Below, piece after piece: positions 32,301 through 48,309 of a DNA stretch of 64,000 nucleotides. The translations under genes and the position numbers were made by a program. The number at the start of each line of letters is the position of its first letter. Position 1 is the stretch's first letter. Source of the DNA: the human T2T-CHM13v2.0 reference genome, Homo sapiens; NCBI RefSeq assembly GCF_009914755.1, contig NC_060929.1, one strand, 5' to 3'. Under the pieces are notes generated by a model. The model was not told the origin of the DNA. It searched no databases and worked only from the letters and a program-made list of their open reading frames with translations.

Positions 32301-35300
32301 AAGGAGTTAAGTCCAAGTTACCCACACCTGGGCTTGTCTGACCCCAGAACCAGCACTATTGACCACTATGATATACAGCCTCTTTCTATCTTCATTAAAG
32401 CCAAGTTTCCAAGCCACAGGAATCTCACAAATACCTATAACCGGCCTTTATAATTTATGAACCTCAACAGAGTATCTGAAAGCCACCTAGTGGCTGGAAG
32501 TTGCTCAGTAGGATTTGAAATTCTCTAAAAGGCAAAATCGTTCCCATATTCCAGGCTCTGCTCCCTCTCCCCCTTCCACCACCCCTTGATATTCTTTCTG
32601 AAAAGTTGAGTTGGAAACAATCACTTTCTTCTCTGAACTTCTATAGAGCAAGGTTCCCAAGTTGTGATCAAGACACAAAAGTCATGGGGCAGAGCACCAT
32701 AAAATATTGTGACATTATCTTTAAAGTAGCTTATATATAACTCAGTATACCATTTTGTACTGGGGTCTATTATATAGATCATACAAATTTCAGGAATACT
32801 TCCAGGAGAAAAGTTTAACATTGAGACAATTCTGAGTTTTAGCTTATAATTCATAGCCTTAGTGTATTCTGAGATACATATCACCTTTTATCTGATGTTA
32901 GATCTCATCTCATTCACTCATACATTCAATAACTACAATTTAGTATCCATGAAATGTCAGGGATGGCCCTTGGAATCTTCCGGTACTTAATAACCTCCCT
33001 AGGGGCAAGCAACAGTACGTTGGATTAACACAAATTTGTGGTTTTGTGGCCCCACAGTGACACGAACACAAAAGATTCTCAATAAACAGAAACTGAAAAA
33101 TGCTACGCGTCAGAACTTTTGGGTACACATAGGATATGCTGAGGATAAGAACATTTGAAATCACTATTTCAACTGTCTAAAACAATATTCAGCATAAACA
33201 CTTTTTAGTCAGCATTTTCTCTTTCTGATTATGGGAATCTAAATTTCATATTCAATTGAAAATGAACTTTATATTAGAAACATTTCATAATTTTATATTC
33301 TCTTGTCCCACCACGATAAGTGTACAAAGGCAGTAATTGCATAAGTCTGTCTATCCATTGTGCTTAGCACAATACTTTGTTAACACTTATTGACCAATTC
33401 ATTGCTTTGTTTGATTTCAGTCTTTTTCCTAAGCTTGATGATTCTATTTTTCTCATATGTAACTCTTCAATGACAATTTCACTGCATTACAGACATTTTC
33501 AAATGGCACAAAAAATGTCAGAATATGCTATTTGACCCTGGGATTAAGGATGCCCATACATGAGATCAATCCTATTTAAATCCTTATGCTCAGGTTAAAA
33601 AGAGAAGATAAAGGCAAGTATCATTATGAGCTTCGTGGGGATAGCATTCCCCTGACCTCTGCTGTCTCCAGTCTGTGCTTGATAATGATGGAAGGCCAGC
33701 AGGTGCTTTGAGTAATTCAGCAGATAAAGAGACTTGCACTGATGGGGCTGGAAGCTGCTTGAGTGGACAGCAGATCTCACAATTCAGTTACTGATGCTAC
33801 CTACTGAGCTGTCAAAATAGAATTATGAGAACTGCATGGGGGGCTTGAATTAACCGATATACTTAAACATGAGTCAATTACACACACGAGAGATCCCCCC
33901 TTCTCCATCTTACAGGGCCATGCAAGTCGTGAGGATGGTTGTATTCATTATATGATGTAAGAAAAAAAACCAATCATTGTCAGTGTTTCAGACTTAATGT
34001 TTTCTAAACCCTGATTTCCTCAGCTGCAAAAAGGAAGAGATACTGCAAACTTACTGGGTTTTCAGGAGGATCAATGAAGATAAATCAATGAGAAGGGGCT
34101 CTATAAATAGCAAAGGGCTAAACAGCAAAAGGTATCAACTTTTATCATTTTATGCCTTTTTAAAAACATAAATCTGAGAGTCCACAGAATTTGTAAATTT
34201 CCCCTGCAAACTGTTGTTGTGAACTCGCTCTATGGCACCTTCATCTAGGTGTGTGCTCAGGCCAAAAAGCTGGGAGCTGTCCTTGGTGCTTTCCTTTACT
34301 TCACCCTCTACATCTTTTTTTTTAAAAAACAGTTCTATTAACTTTACACTCAAAGTACGGCCCAAATCAATTCAATCTCACCATTTCCACTGTCACCATC
34401 TTAGTCTAAGCCATGCTCATCTCTTACCTGGAGCACTTTGATAGCTTTCTGACTCTTCTCCCAGCATCTACTCTTCCTCCTGAGGCTTCATTCTTAAATA
34501 GCCACAGAGTGACATATTAAAAGTATAATCAATCATCCTCTTTACACCAAGCCCTCCTGGATTTTCTCTTAATACAGCAATATCCAAACTCCTTACCATT
34601 GCCTACAGGTCTACCGTGTGGCCCAGCCCTTCAAGTCCTTTGCACAGAAGACAATGTGAATGGGGGCTGTGTGGTGCAAGGGGACTGCCCTGTATGTAGC
34701 TCTTCCTGCCTCCTCTCATGCTATTCCTCCTTATGGTACTGTACACAGCCCAGCTGGTCATCTTTCTGCCCTGTGACCTGCCAAGCACTGTCCAGATTCA
34801 GAGCCACTCCATTTGCTGTTGCTTCTTCCCCTGAAACATTTTCACTAAATCTCAATCTTATTTATGTGTGTGTTGTTAGATTCCTTCTCCTTCAATAAAG
34901 TGCTGCAAGGGCAGGGGGCATGATTTTCCTAGTGCCTGGAACAGTGCCTGGGACATGTGAAGCAACAATAAACATTCGTTGAATAAATAAGTAGCAGTTG
35001 ATTACCTTTACTTCATGGACTTCTCTTTCTTTTACTTTGCCTGCAAACACCAAAACTTATGTTCTAGTTTTCCAATTTGTAAAAATATTGCAACTTTTAA
35101 AATCTTATTTTGTGCTTTTTTATTGCCATTTTCCCACTTGTGGTGCCTAGGAATGCGATTTAATTTTAACGTTCATGTAAGTTAAATATAACAAGGTAGG
35201 TATTTTATTATACTGTGTGTGTGTGTAATGTATTCTTAATGCTAGAAATGAGCAAACAGTGGGTCAACTACTCTTTACTGTTGGCTTTTACATATGTGTA

Positions 35301-35571
35301 AAGAGAAGTATCAGATGCAAATTTATCAGATTGAATGACTATAGTTGTTTACCTCTAAAAGCATTTCTTTAGCACTTTCACTGTCCTAAATGCTGAGGGG
35401 GTTTGAGAAAAGAGTCTAGCCATAATAATGGTCCCATCTAGTGAGAGAGACCAAAATAGAAAGAGGTAATTAAATGTATGGTATTAAGTGCTCTGAGACA
35501 GGGCATTTAATCCTATTTGGGGGTCCAGGAAGTCTTCCTGGAGGAATGTGCCTTAACTGAAACCTGAAGAA

Positions 35572-36078
35572 TGTGTAGGCAGAATGATGGCTCCCCAAGG
35601 ATGTCAAAATCCTAATGCCCGGAACCTGGGAATATCTTACCTTACATGGCAAAATGGAATAAAGATTGTGGATAGAATTATGATGCTAATCAGCTGACCT
35701 TAAGGTGGGGAGAGTATCTTGGATTACCCAGGTGGGCCCAGCGTAATCACAAAGGTCCTTAAAAGTGGAAGAGAGAGGCAGGAGAGAGACAGAGAGATGT
35801 GATATGAGAAGGACTCATCTTCCTGCTGCTAGCTTTGACAATGGAAGAAGGGGCCATTAGCCATGGAATGTGGGCAGCCTCTGAAAGCTGAAGAAATTGA
35901 GGAAACATTCCCCCCTAGAGCCTCTAGCAGGGAACACAACTTGATCAACACCTTGATTTTAGACAGTGAGACCAATGTCAGACTTCTGACCTGCAGAACT
36001 GCAGGATGGTAAGTTAGTGTTGTTTTAAGCCACTACATTTGTGAGAATTTGTTACAGCAGCCATAGGAAGCTAATACA
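35572..36078 (+). mobile_element. MaLR solo LTR (MLT1D-like)
   Basis: tgtgtaggcagaatgatggc...gttacagcagccataggaagctaataca. Confidence 0.85.
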
Positions 36079-36184
36079 GAGAGAAAGAGGTGAACTTTGA
36101 TTTCACTGTGGAGGGGAAAAACGGGCAGCTAATACAGAGAGAAAGAGGTGAACTTTGATTTCACTGTGGAGGGGAAAAACGGGC
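36069..36184. repeat. Perfect 58-bp tandem duplication
   Basis: agctaatacagagagaaagaggtgaactttgatttcactgtggaggggaaaaacgggc at 36069-36126 and 36127-36184. Confidence 0.95.
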
Positions 36185-37539
36185 TGTTGGAAGATCTATT
36201 ATATATAAAGATTGTATGATAAAATTCCCACCTTGTTATGATACTTATATGAATGTTAAAAGATTAATTCCTTGGCACCACAAATGGAAAAATGGTCATA
36301 AAACACAGACTTAGATTTTAAAAGTTGCAACATATTTATAAATTGAAAAAATGGAAGATAATTTTTGGTTTTTGCAGGCAAAATACAGGGAATAGGAGGC
36401 CAGTGCCCTCCCTAGGCTCTAACAGGCCAATGCCTCTTTCTGGGGAAAATATTTCTGGGCATTTCCTTGACTGGGTTCTCCTGAACCTAGAATTCAGGAT
36501 GCCCCCAGGTGCTTGTGGCTGCTTTGCTAGTGATAGCTTGTTACAGGGCATGACGACAGGTAAGTTGGCCTAAAATGTCCCAAGGCCAGAGCCATCTATA
36601 ACCCTATGGCCAATCTTTCCCATTCTGCATGTCTTGGGGGCTGCAGCCATGTGTGGGAGCCAATTTTGACCTTCACTGCTGTCTCATTCAAGACCCCAAG
36701 TGAGGAAGAGGGCAAGACCTGGGAAGGTGTTAACTACTAATGAATAACACTCACTTCCAAAATTAATAAGCCTTCTGGTTCTTAGCAAAATCCACTCAAC
36801 TGGATTCTCCAGGATGACTAATTGACAGAACTGGTTAAATTAATCAAAAATGGAAATGAGGATGGAAGAAGGGGGAAGGGATTCTATTTTTATTCGATGG
36901 CTTGGGCACTGCCTGCTCTGTTAATTGCTGCTAAGCTTGAATGGGATAGAGCAGCTTCAGACATGGGGGTGAGGTGGGGGTGGTGGTGGTATCAGTGAAT
37001 TCTGCTCCTTGCAGCAAGGCTTTTGGCTTTTCTCCAGAGTGGGAAGTGTGTGTCTGTGTGTGTGTTTGCAATCCTGCCATCAGGCAAAAGCATTTTAATA
37101 AAGGACCTTGTCTTTTTAACCTAACCAAGCTCCCCTGAAATAAATACTGTTAATTATACCTCAGATCAATACTGAACCCCTTTTGGAAGATGTGCCAAAT
37201 CTCAGGGGCTTTAAGATTCATTGCAGTTGCTGTCTCAGCTGATGTCTTTGGACACATTCCATCAGGGACCTGGGGAATGAGCCACAGGTTTATTAGGGAG
37301 CTCTAGTGGCTTACTTACCAGGGGTTGGCAATTAAGTTTGTAGATGAGGGTGAAGAATGAGAGTGGATTTTATGTTCTGTGTAATGGCAGAATTAATTCT
37401 ATGGTTGAAAATGGTCAGGCTGGGGAATCCAGCCAGATGGGGATTGTATAAAATGGACTCTTGTGAAATTATCCTTCTGGATTTTAGAAAAACATCATGC
37501 TCTTTATCCTGTCAGATGCCCAGCAGAGGAATAAATCTT

Positions 37540-37685
37540 CTGGAAGCAGACCTACATGGGTTCAAATCTTAGGTCCTCCACTGTGATCTGGGGCAAGTTT
37601 CCTCACCTCTCTGTGCCTCATCTATAAATTAGAGGTACTAATACCAATCTTCATGGGTTGTTGTGAGAATTAAATGAGATACAGA
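37540..37685 (+). mobile_element. MIR SINE
   Basis: gggttcaaatc...ggcaagtttcctcacctctctgtgcctca...gagaattaaatgagat. Confidence 0.7.
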
Positions 37686-37846
37686 AATGTTCAAAAATAG
37701 TACCCTCCCCCTCTACTACACCCACCTTTGGAGGACAATGAAATTTCTGATTTGCATTGTTGGACTGGGCATCAAACTTTGCCTTCTTCTCATTGGAACT
37801 CGGGCTGTTTCTCCAATGACTACACTGTTCACAGAAACATCTCAGA

Positions 37847-38141
37847 TTTTTTTTTTTTTGAGATGGAGTCTCGCTCTATTGCCCAGGCTGGAGTGCAGTG
37901 GCACAATCTCAGCTCACCGCAACCTCCACCTCCTGGGCTCAAGTGATTCTCCTGCCTCAGCCTCCTGAGTAGTGGGGATTACAGGTGTGCGCTACCATGC
38001 CCAGCTAATTTTTATATTTTTAGTAGAGACAGGGTTTCACCTTGTTGGCCAGGCTGGTCTCGAACTCCTGACTTAAAGTGATCTGCCCGCCTCAGCCTCC
38101 TAAAGTTCTGGGATTATAGGTGTAAGCCACCGCACCTGGCC
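37847..38141 (-). mobile_element. AluS
   Basis: Full antisense Alu; TSD aacatctcagatttt. Confidence 0.92.
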
Positions 38142-38689
38142 TAACATCTCAGATTTTAAGGTCTAAAGTGCTTATGCCATTTCCCCCTCAGCATGAAAAA
38201 GTCAGACTGCCCCTGGACAGGAAGGCTGCTTTGGTGTCATCCGAAGGAGGGGATTTCTGTGGCCAATCCTTGGGCTGCAGACTTGCCAATGCAGAAGGGC
38301 CTTGCTGCTAGAAGAGAGTGTCTACAGGCAGTGGACTTGCTGGTAGAGCCAGTGCAAGGATTGGTGCTGCAGGGCAGCCCCATCGCTACTGCTGAGGTGA
38401 ACCCTGGCTCCTCGCCCTGGCCCTCAAGACCTTCTCTGGCCAGATTCAGCTTCTGCAATTCCCCAGCACTAGACATTACCTCTCAATAAGATGGAAGCTC
38501 GAGGGGCAGGTGAGGAAGAAGGAAGGTCTGCCCAAACCACAATGGAATTAAGATGCTACTGCAGAACCTACCCTGTGCCACCACACACAAGATTGATTGC
38601 ATTCAGCAAATGTGTACTGGGAACCTACTATGTGTCAGGCAGTGTGCTAACTGCTTTTACTTAAAGTAACTAATTAATGGACAAAGACT

Positions 38690-40010
<1,321 letters not shown>

Positions 40011-41942
40011 TGTGGCCTCACTTTCTATACTGTCCCTAGCCTACTTGTATCCATCCACTGATCTTTTTTCTCTATTCTTTGAACACACAAGTTTCCTCCT
40101 CTGTTAGGGCCTTCACACTTAGATGTTGGCTTTCTCTTTGGATCCGTCTGATAACAGGTCTTAATTCAAAGGCTTTGCCACATACCACTACTTCCTGACC
40201 CTGCTAATTTTCTTACAGCTTTTTTATCATGTCTGAAATGACCTCGGTTATTTGTACATTTGTGTTTTCTCTCATCCCTCCCCACAAGAAAGTATGGTCC
40301 TTAAAGGCAGAAACCAGCAGGTGTTTAATCAATCTTAGTTGAATAAGTAGTTTTTGGTGTTCTCTTGAAGAGCTACAGGTGGTCTGGCTCAAACCTCAAC
40401 TTCATCACTTGCTCTTTGGTGGCCATAAGTGTATCTTTCCCCCTTTTAGCTAGTTGCCTCATCTCTAAGATGTGAATAATGGCAGTATGTACCTCATAGG
40501 GTTGTTATCAGGATTAAATGAGCTCATGCATGTATACTTGGCTTACTTCCTGGACACAGTAAAATGTCATGGAAGTTAGCTGTGAATACGGCTGTTGACA
40601 TTACTACTTTTATGATTGCTTCTGCTCTTCCTGCTCCCACACTTAAAAGACACATGTGGTAGGGAAGCAAGACAGCATCTTCACTCCAACCATAACACGA
40701 TGCTTATACTATGTGCCAGGCATCATTCTAAGGCTCCACGGGTGTTATTTAATCCTCACAAGCACCCTATAAGGTAAATACTTTCATGACCCATATTTTA
40801 TAGGTGAGTAAGTTGAAGCACAGAGGTTAGGTAACCTGCTCAAGATCACCAATTAGGCCATGGATACAAGCTGATAGTGGCTGCTCAACTATGTTGATTT
40901 GCCTCCCCTGTTTTGACCCAGTCCCTGAATTCACTCACTACTGTCAGTTTGGTTTGACAGAGGGGAAGAAACAAAACAAAATTGTCCTGGGCTGTGCTTA
41001 CAGGGAACATCATGCTGGGCTCCTCACTGCCTTGCCTCATCCCAGTACCTATGACAGGGGCTGCTGGGGTGGGCAGGGAGTTTTGATCTTTCCTGCTGTC
41101 TCCACCCTGGAGGTAAGGCACCCGGTGGGGCTCTTCAGTCATTCATCAACTTTCTTCAAGTTATAGAAGTAAAACAACAACCTTGGAGAGAATCTAGAAA
41201 ATAAGAGAACTGCCCACATTTCATGGCCCCTGACCTCATCCCTTTCATATAGCCTCTGCTAGTCTTTGTCCACATATACTTATCCTGACCTTGCTGCATT
41301 CATGGTGAGATTATCATTTCGCATGCTGCTTTAACATTCATAAACATCTCTCCACTTGCTCCATCTCTGTGTCCCCAGGTCTTTGGCAAGTCAAGTCTCT
41401 GTGGCCTTTCAAGGTATCACTTTTACTATTCCCAGTCCCACTTGAGGATTTCACCTGCTGCTTTTATGCTGCTAAACCACACCCTACTTATTGGGGAACC
41501 TCTCCCTTCAAGACTGGCTTTTGAATAGGAATCAGGTACCTCAATGCCTCTAAAATCAATTAAAGTCTGCTTTGTTCAGAAAGAAAGTGTTCTAGCTCCA
41601 CAGGAAAGCCTCCAGGCATCACTGTCCTAACACACACGGACAACCTGCCTGGTGAAACTGTCGAGACCCAATGCACAGGTTTCTATCATCCTGGTCCTTT
41701 GGTCCTTTGTCTAGTTTCTCTCCTGCCTTTAATAAAAGTTATGCTCATTGTGTGCTTCCAATGTGTCAGGGGCTGTGCAAGAGCCCTGTGTCCATGACCT
41801 CTTTCCACTCTTACCTCCTGGAGGAAGGTGTCAACATCAGCACCTGCCCAGGCTTCTGGCGGCAATGAGGCCTGGAAACAATGTCTGGAACTGCTGGCTC
41901 CAGGGCTTGTGTTCTTGATGACTTTTATGTCTTTCCTCCTAC

Positions 41943-42346
41943 TATGGGCTGAGTTGTGCCCCCCCCCCCGCCCATTCATATATTGAAGTCCTAACTCCCA
42001 GTACTGCAAAATATAACTGTATTTGGAGATAGAGCCTTTCAACAGGTAATTAAAATAAGGTAATCAGGGTGGGTCTTGATCTAATAGGACTGGTGTCCTC
42101 ATAAGAAGAGGAATTTTGGACACAGACACTGATGGAAGGCAGTGTAAAGACACAGGGAGAAGACAGCCATCTACAAGCCAAGGAGAGCAGTGTGGAACTG
42201 ATCCTTCTTTCGTAGCCTCCAGAAGAAACCAACCCTGCCAACACTTCATCTTGGGCTTCCAGCCTCCAGAACTTTGAAAAAATAGTTGAATTGTTTAAGC
42301 AGTGTAGTCCATGGTACTTTGTTGCAGCAGCCCTGGTAAACCAATA
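41943..42346 (+). mobile_element. MaLR solo LTR (MLT1A/B-like)
   Basis: tatgggctgagttgtgcccc...tattgaagtcctaact...gcagccctggtaaaccaata. Confidence 0.8.
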
Positions 42347-43904
42347 TGTCTTTTTTCACCTGTCTTTTCCTATCTGCCTGCCTTTCCACCACAGATGTTC
42401 TATGAAGCCCCACCAGGTGCTATGTAAGTATTGTACAAATTCAGTAATTAGTGAGATAAAGTCCCTGTCTTCATAAAGATTGTATTCCAGTCAGCAAGAC
42501 AAGGCTAAGTAAAGCAAACAACTATAATGGAGGCTATGAAAGAAATAAAGAAATAGAGTGATGAGATTGAGAGATGGTAGGTGCAGATGGGGTGGACAGA
42601 GAAGTTAACTCTTAGGAAGTGACATTTTCTCAGAAACTTAAAAAGTCAGTACAGGCCAGACAGGTAGAGTGTGTGGGGGGCAGGGAGAATTCCAGGCAGA
42701 AAAGCATGTGCAAAGGCCCTGAGGTGGGAAAGGGCTGGATGTATTGGAGGTGTAGGAAGCAAGCCAGTGTGGCCAGGCTACAGGGAGCTGAGCCTGGAAA
42801 TGTTGGCAGAGACCAGATTTACGGGGCACGTTGGAAAGGAGTTCAGGCTTAATTCCTTTCATTCCCCAGGTTGGTGTCCATTACACCTGGCCAGTTTCTT
42901 CACCCAGCCACCGATACTCATGCGTGGAAAGGGGAAAGAATAATCCACTCTAGCTAAGTACTGCTGCCATCAGCACCCTATTGTTTCAGACATCTAAACT
43001 GCAAACAAAGCCCTGTCACTACCGCCAGAAGTGGTAGAAAAAAATAGGCGAGGGAGAAAAGGAATCATCCTTTCCAACCCCTGCTGAGTATGCAGAGTGA
43101 GGGACATATGGAAATTAATAAATGCAGCTCTGATAACACGGTTCTCCTCGGCATTTTGATTAAATGCTGTTGGTTATTAAATACTCTCCTTCTCAGAGCT
43201 CATCTCCAAAAGCCAATGTTGCTTTTCATTTTGAACTCTGATGAACTGTCTCAATTCCGATCACACACCTCGGCTGAACTGCGGTTGACTGCAGGCTGCC
43301 GTTTGAGGAGGATGGAGAAAATCAATATGAAATGTCAGGCGAGGGGTCAGATTGAACTTGTTTTCCCAGCTGGCAGGAGCTGGGGCTCGTAGCCGCAGCA
43401 GCTGAACAAAGGGAGATGTGCACTGAAGAAGGTTGGTTCTTTGAAGGAGTCAGGAAAATGAATTTCATTTGCTTCTTAATTAGATTAGCAGGCTGGCAGC
43501 TTGCAATTCAGAACTCTGTTGGTGTTGGAATAGGGAGTGGGAGGACAGGGCTGGGCAGAGGCCTGAAGGCCAGTAGCTGGCTCCTCCGCCTCCTTCAGGA
43601 CAGTCACCAGGGCTTTGCTTCTCTGGGGCTGTGTGGGGCTGAGGCTGGAGGGAGAAGCAGCTTCTGGGGCTCCCTGGGTGTGTGGCTTGACCGGCTTCCT
43701 GCTTCTGTATGACTGCATGATTCTTCCCTGGGCTCTCCCCGTCTGCTTCTCCATCCTTAGGTCTCAGCTCAGCAGTCACTGTCTTGTAGAGTCCTCAACA
43801 CCTCTACTTGTACCAGCACATGCCTCTCTTTTATACATGTATTGCAGTTGCGATGCTATATTTGTTTCTGTTCTCTAACTAATGCATCTTCTCTCCTTAG
43901 ACAG

Positions 43905-44715
<811 letters not shown>

Positions 44716-45164
44716 GAGAGTAAGCTCTAAGAGGGAGGAAACCAGGTCTGTTTTTGCTTACCCTTCTGTCTCCAGAGTCTGATACAGTACCTGACATAAA
44801 GTATGTGATTAACAAATATTGATTAAATAAATGAATAATGAGGCCTCCTATATCTGGCAAGAGGGTTGGGGTTTCGAACATCTTATGTCTGCAGGCCTAG
44901 AACCGGAGGAATCCAGGGTGAATAATTGTGATAACTGCTGCCGTCATTTATTGACTCCTTTGTGCCTGGCAGAGGGCTAGGATCTCACACACATGAAATT
45001 TAGTTCTTGTGAACAACCTGCCCTATGATGCTGTCCTTAATATTTCTACTTTCAAATGAGGAATCTGGGGCTCAAAATGATTAAATAACTTGCTTGAGGT
45101 CATGCAGGTACTGAGTATCAGAGCTGAGTTCTGATTCCAAAGCATCTGCTCTAAATCACTCTAG

Positions 45165-45299
45165 TTTTTTTTTTTTTTAACTTTTAAGTTCAGTGGTACA
45201 TGTGCAGGTTTATTACATAGCTAAACATGTGTCATGGGTTTTTTTTTGTGTGTTTATTTCATCATCCAGGTATTAAGCCTAGTACCAATTAGTTATTTA
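45165..45299 (-). mobile_element. Short L1PA (older) 3' end fragment
   Basis: ttaacttttaagttcagtggtacatgtgcaggtt...; TSD-like ca(c/t)tctagtttt. Confidence 0.72.
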
Positions 45300-47152
45300 C
45301 CATTCTAGTTTTGAAAGCTTCTAAGGCCTTGCCCTTTTTCTATCTTGTGTTCAGTTCATCAAGCTTCCCAGTCAGTTGATTCCCCAATATCCAGAATGCA
45401 TGTGGATCTGTCTGACTCCAAAGCTGAGGCTAGTGTCAGCCACACTGGGCTATGGGGATGCCAGGGCTTCCCGTGCCATCCCTGGCCTCCACCCTGGGTT
45501 GGTGGCCCAGAAAGCCCGGTTCTGCCTTCACTCACTAGAGAGGCCCTGCCTCCTTAGACAGCTCATGTCACCTCACCCACAGCATGTCCGGTACTGAGTC
45601 CCAACCCTTCACTCTCTGGGAGAGAGTTAGAGACTTTCCATCCATCCCCATTCCCACTTGTTATTTATGTCAACCCTTAGGCAAACATTTATTAAATATT
45701 TCCTGACCTCTGCTTATGTGTCAGGGGTTCATATAATGTGACCAAGTCAGATTCAGTTCTTATCCTCAAGGCATTTACTATCTACAGGGGAATGACATTG
45801 AACAATTCATATCACGTCCATGTATGACGAATGCCAACCTTTAATATCACTAATGTCACTTATAACACCCATAGTTATTTTAAAAGAAAATGTTCATTTT
45901 CCCCCTTCTCTTTCTTTGGATTTCTATAGCCACCATTCTTGATCTAGGTTCCAAATTATCCTTGCATTGAGACTAAAGCAAAACCTTCTAACTTTCCTAC
46001 CTTTATTCACATGACCACTGTGTTAATCTTCCATAAAACACAATTTTTATTAACTCTGCTGTCCAGCGAAATGCTCTCAAATTACCTCCCACATACTAGA
46101 AACTGTGCTTCTCCAACCGGGGTACCTGTATATATCCTTGGGCGTTAGGAAGAGGGGAGGATATGGGGGTATACTAAAAAGTACAGGAAGCCATAGGATA
46201 AATGTTACATCTTTTAGAAACACCAGTTTTGTTTAAAATTTGGGAGTGGGGGTAGAAACATAATTATTAAATTAAAGTGAAAATAGATTTTATATGGGGT
46301 AAAATGTAAAATTCACATGAATTTTTAGAAAGAAAAATAAGGCTTCAAAGAAAATCTGTTGTGGTCAGCACCTCCCCCAGGGTCGCTGGTCTCTGCCAGG
46401 CATGGGCTGTTTTGCCTTTGCTGGTAGGTTGGGCCAACCCAGAGCACATGGGAGGAACTGGATTCCTCTCTGTGCCCTCCTTCCATGGCAGCAGGGTTCA
46501 TGGCTTGGCCCCACCAGAACTGTATTTGGTGGAACAGCTTAAGAAGGACTGGATACTATGGGAACCAGACTCTGGGTATAATATAAGTACTCACTGAATG
46601 CATGAATACATGACAGCATAAACTTTGGAATCTGATCTTCAAGGATCAACCTGATATGAACCATCATTGCTATTTAACCTCATTAACCCAAGATTCCCCT
46701 TTCCCCCAAGCCTGACACTTTTTATTTAACACCCTTCAAATGTTCCATTACTTTAGTAACTTCAGAATTTTGCCCATTCTGTGGTTGCTGCCAACAATAC
46801 TCTTCTTTCTGTTTCCCACCTAACCAAATCCTACTTGTACTTCAACACTCAACTGCTCAGCCTCTGCCTTCCCTGTGAGGTCTGTTTCAAATGTCTCAAC
46901 CGTCTCTGAATGGCCTAACCCATAATTATCTCCATCATTCACTTGAGTATTAAAACTAAACTGCCTTATACATTGTTCCTGAAATGCTTCCTGGGTGCAT
47001 CTTGCCTCATTAGCCAAATTTTAAATTCCTTGAGTATAGGAGATAAGTCTTACCTTTCCATTGTACCCCTCAGAGTTCTTTATTGTAACAAATACATTGT
47101 AGATACGAGAATATCATGCAGTATCTGTGACTGAATGAATTGTAGTCTAGAT

Positions 47153-47366
47153 CAGTGGTTCTCAACTGGGAGCAATGTTTTCACCAAGAGGGTATTTCAC
47201 AGTGTCTGGAGACATTTTTGGTTATACAACTGGGCTTGGGTTATTGGCATCTAGTGGGTAAGGCCACAGATGCTGCTAAACATCCTACAATGTATAGGAC
47301 AGCCCCTTCCCCGAAACAAAAATCTATGTAGCGCAAGATTCAATGGTGTACTGTTAAGAAATGCTT
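47153..47366 (+). mobile_element. MER20 hAT element
   Basis: cagtggttctcaactggg...gcatctagtgggta...gatgctgctaaacatcctacaatg. Confidence 0.8.
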
Positions 47367-48144
47367 ATCTATATTATAGTGGCTTCCTAACCTGTCTCCT
47401 TGTTTCTTTGTTCTCTCAGCCAGAATTTAACCTTTATCCTTCTGCCTTCCATCTGAACAATTTCCCTAACAACTAATTCTGATCATACTACTCCTCTGGT
47501 TACTTTTGTGGCTGTTCACTCACTTTGATGAAAAAAATTTGGGTTTTAAAAATCATGGTCATTATGACATGGCTCTGGCATCCTATAGTCACAATCTCTC
47601 CAAGAAGCCACCAGCTCCTTCCCCCAGCTGCTGTTCTAGATGGCTTTTATGTTCTCAGCCTCCCACGCAGTTCAGCAAGTCCTGTTAATTTTATTGCCAA
47701 GATCTGTGCAGTACTGTGCAGGTTACATGGATTAAAAAAAAAGATGTGTCCAGAACCCATCTGCCCTCTCAATTTCCACTCACCTCTTTGTCCAGGCCAC
47801 CCTTCAACGGTCTCCTAACTGGTCCCCCTGCTATTCCTCAAAGTCATTCTCCCCATGGCAGCAAGCATGATTTCCTTAACACATAATTTGGATCACATCA
47901 CACTGTTATTTAAACCCTTTTCTGATGAGGGTCATGTCTTATTTATTTTCATCTCTGGATGTTTTGGAATCGAACACAAATGTTCATCTTTACTGAAATA
48001 TAAAATACGGAGCTGACTCCCACTTGTAGTTTCTTTACTCCTAGTGTGTCTGGTGTAGAAAGGGAGATCATAAGCTTCCAGGCTCTCCCCCAGCACATTG
48101 GGGCCAGTGGCCATGCCCCCCACCTCCCTTCAGTTGCTACTCAC

Positions 48145-48309
48145 ATTTGGTGTGCCTGTCACACAGGGCAGATGCCCGCATGTCACACAGCCGGATTGTC
48201 CCTTTGCTGCTGCTGTACACGAAGGTGTTGCAATGATGGGGGTGGAACTCGGCTGCTGTGATCACCTCCGTGAGCTCCTCCATGTTGGCTGGCTTAATGT
48301 CCACAATAT
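48145..48309 (-). CDS. PPP2R2B: PPP2R2B coding exon (165 nt)
   Basis: cag|AT ATT GTG...AAA T|gtgagt encodes (N)[54 protein letters not shown]; phases are consistent with both neighbouring exons. Confidence 0.97.
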
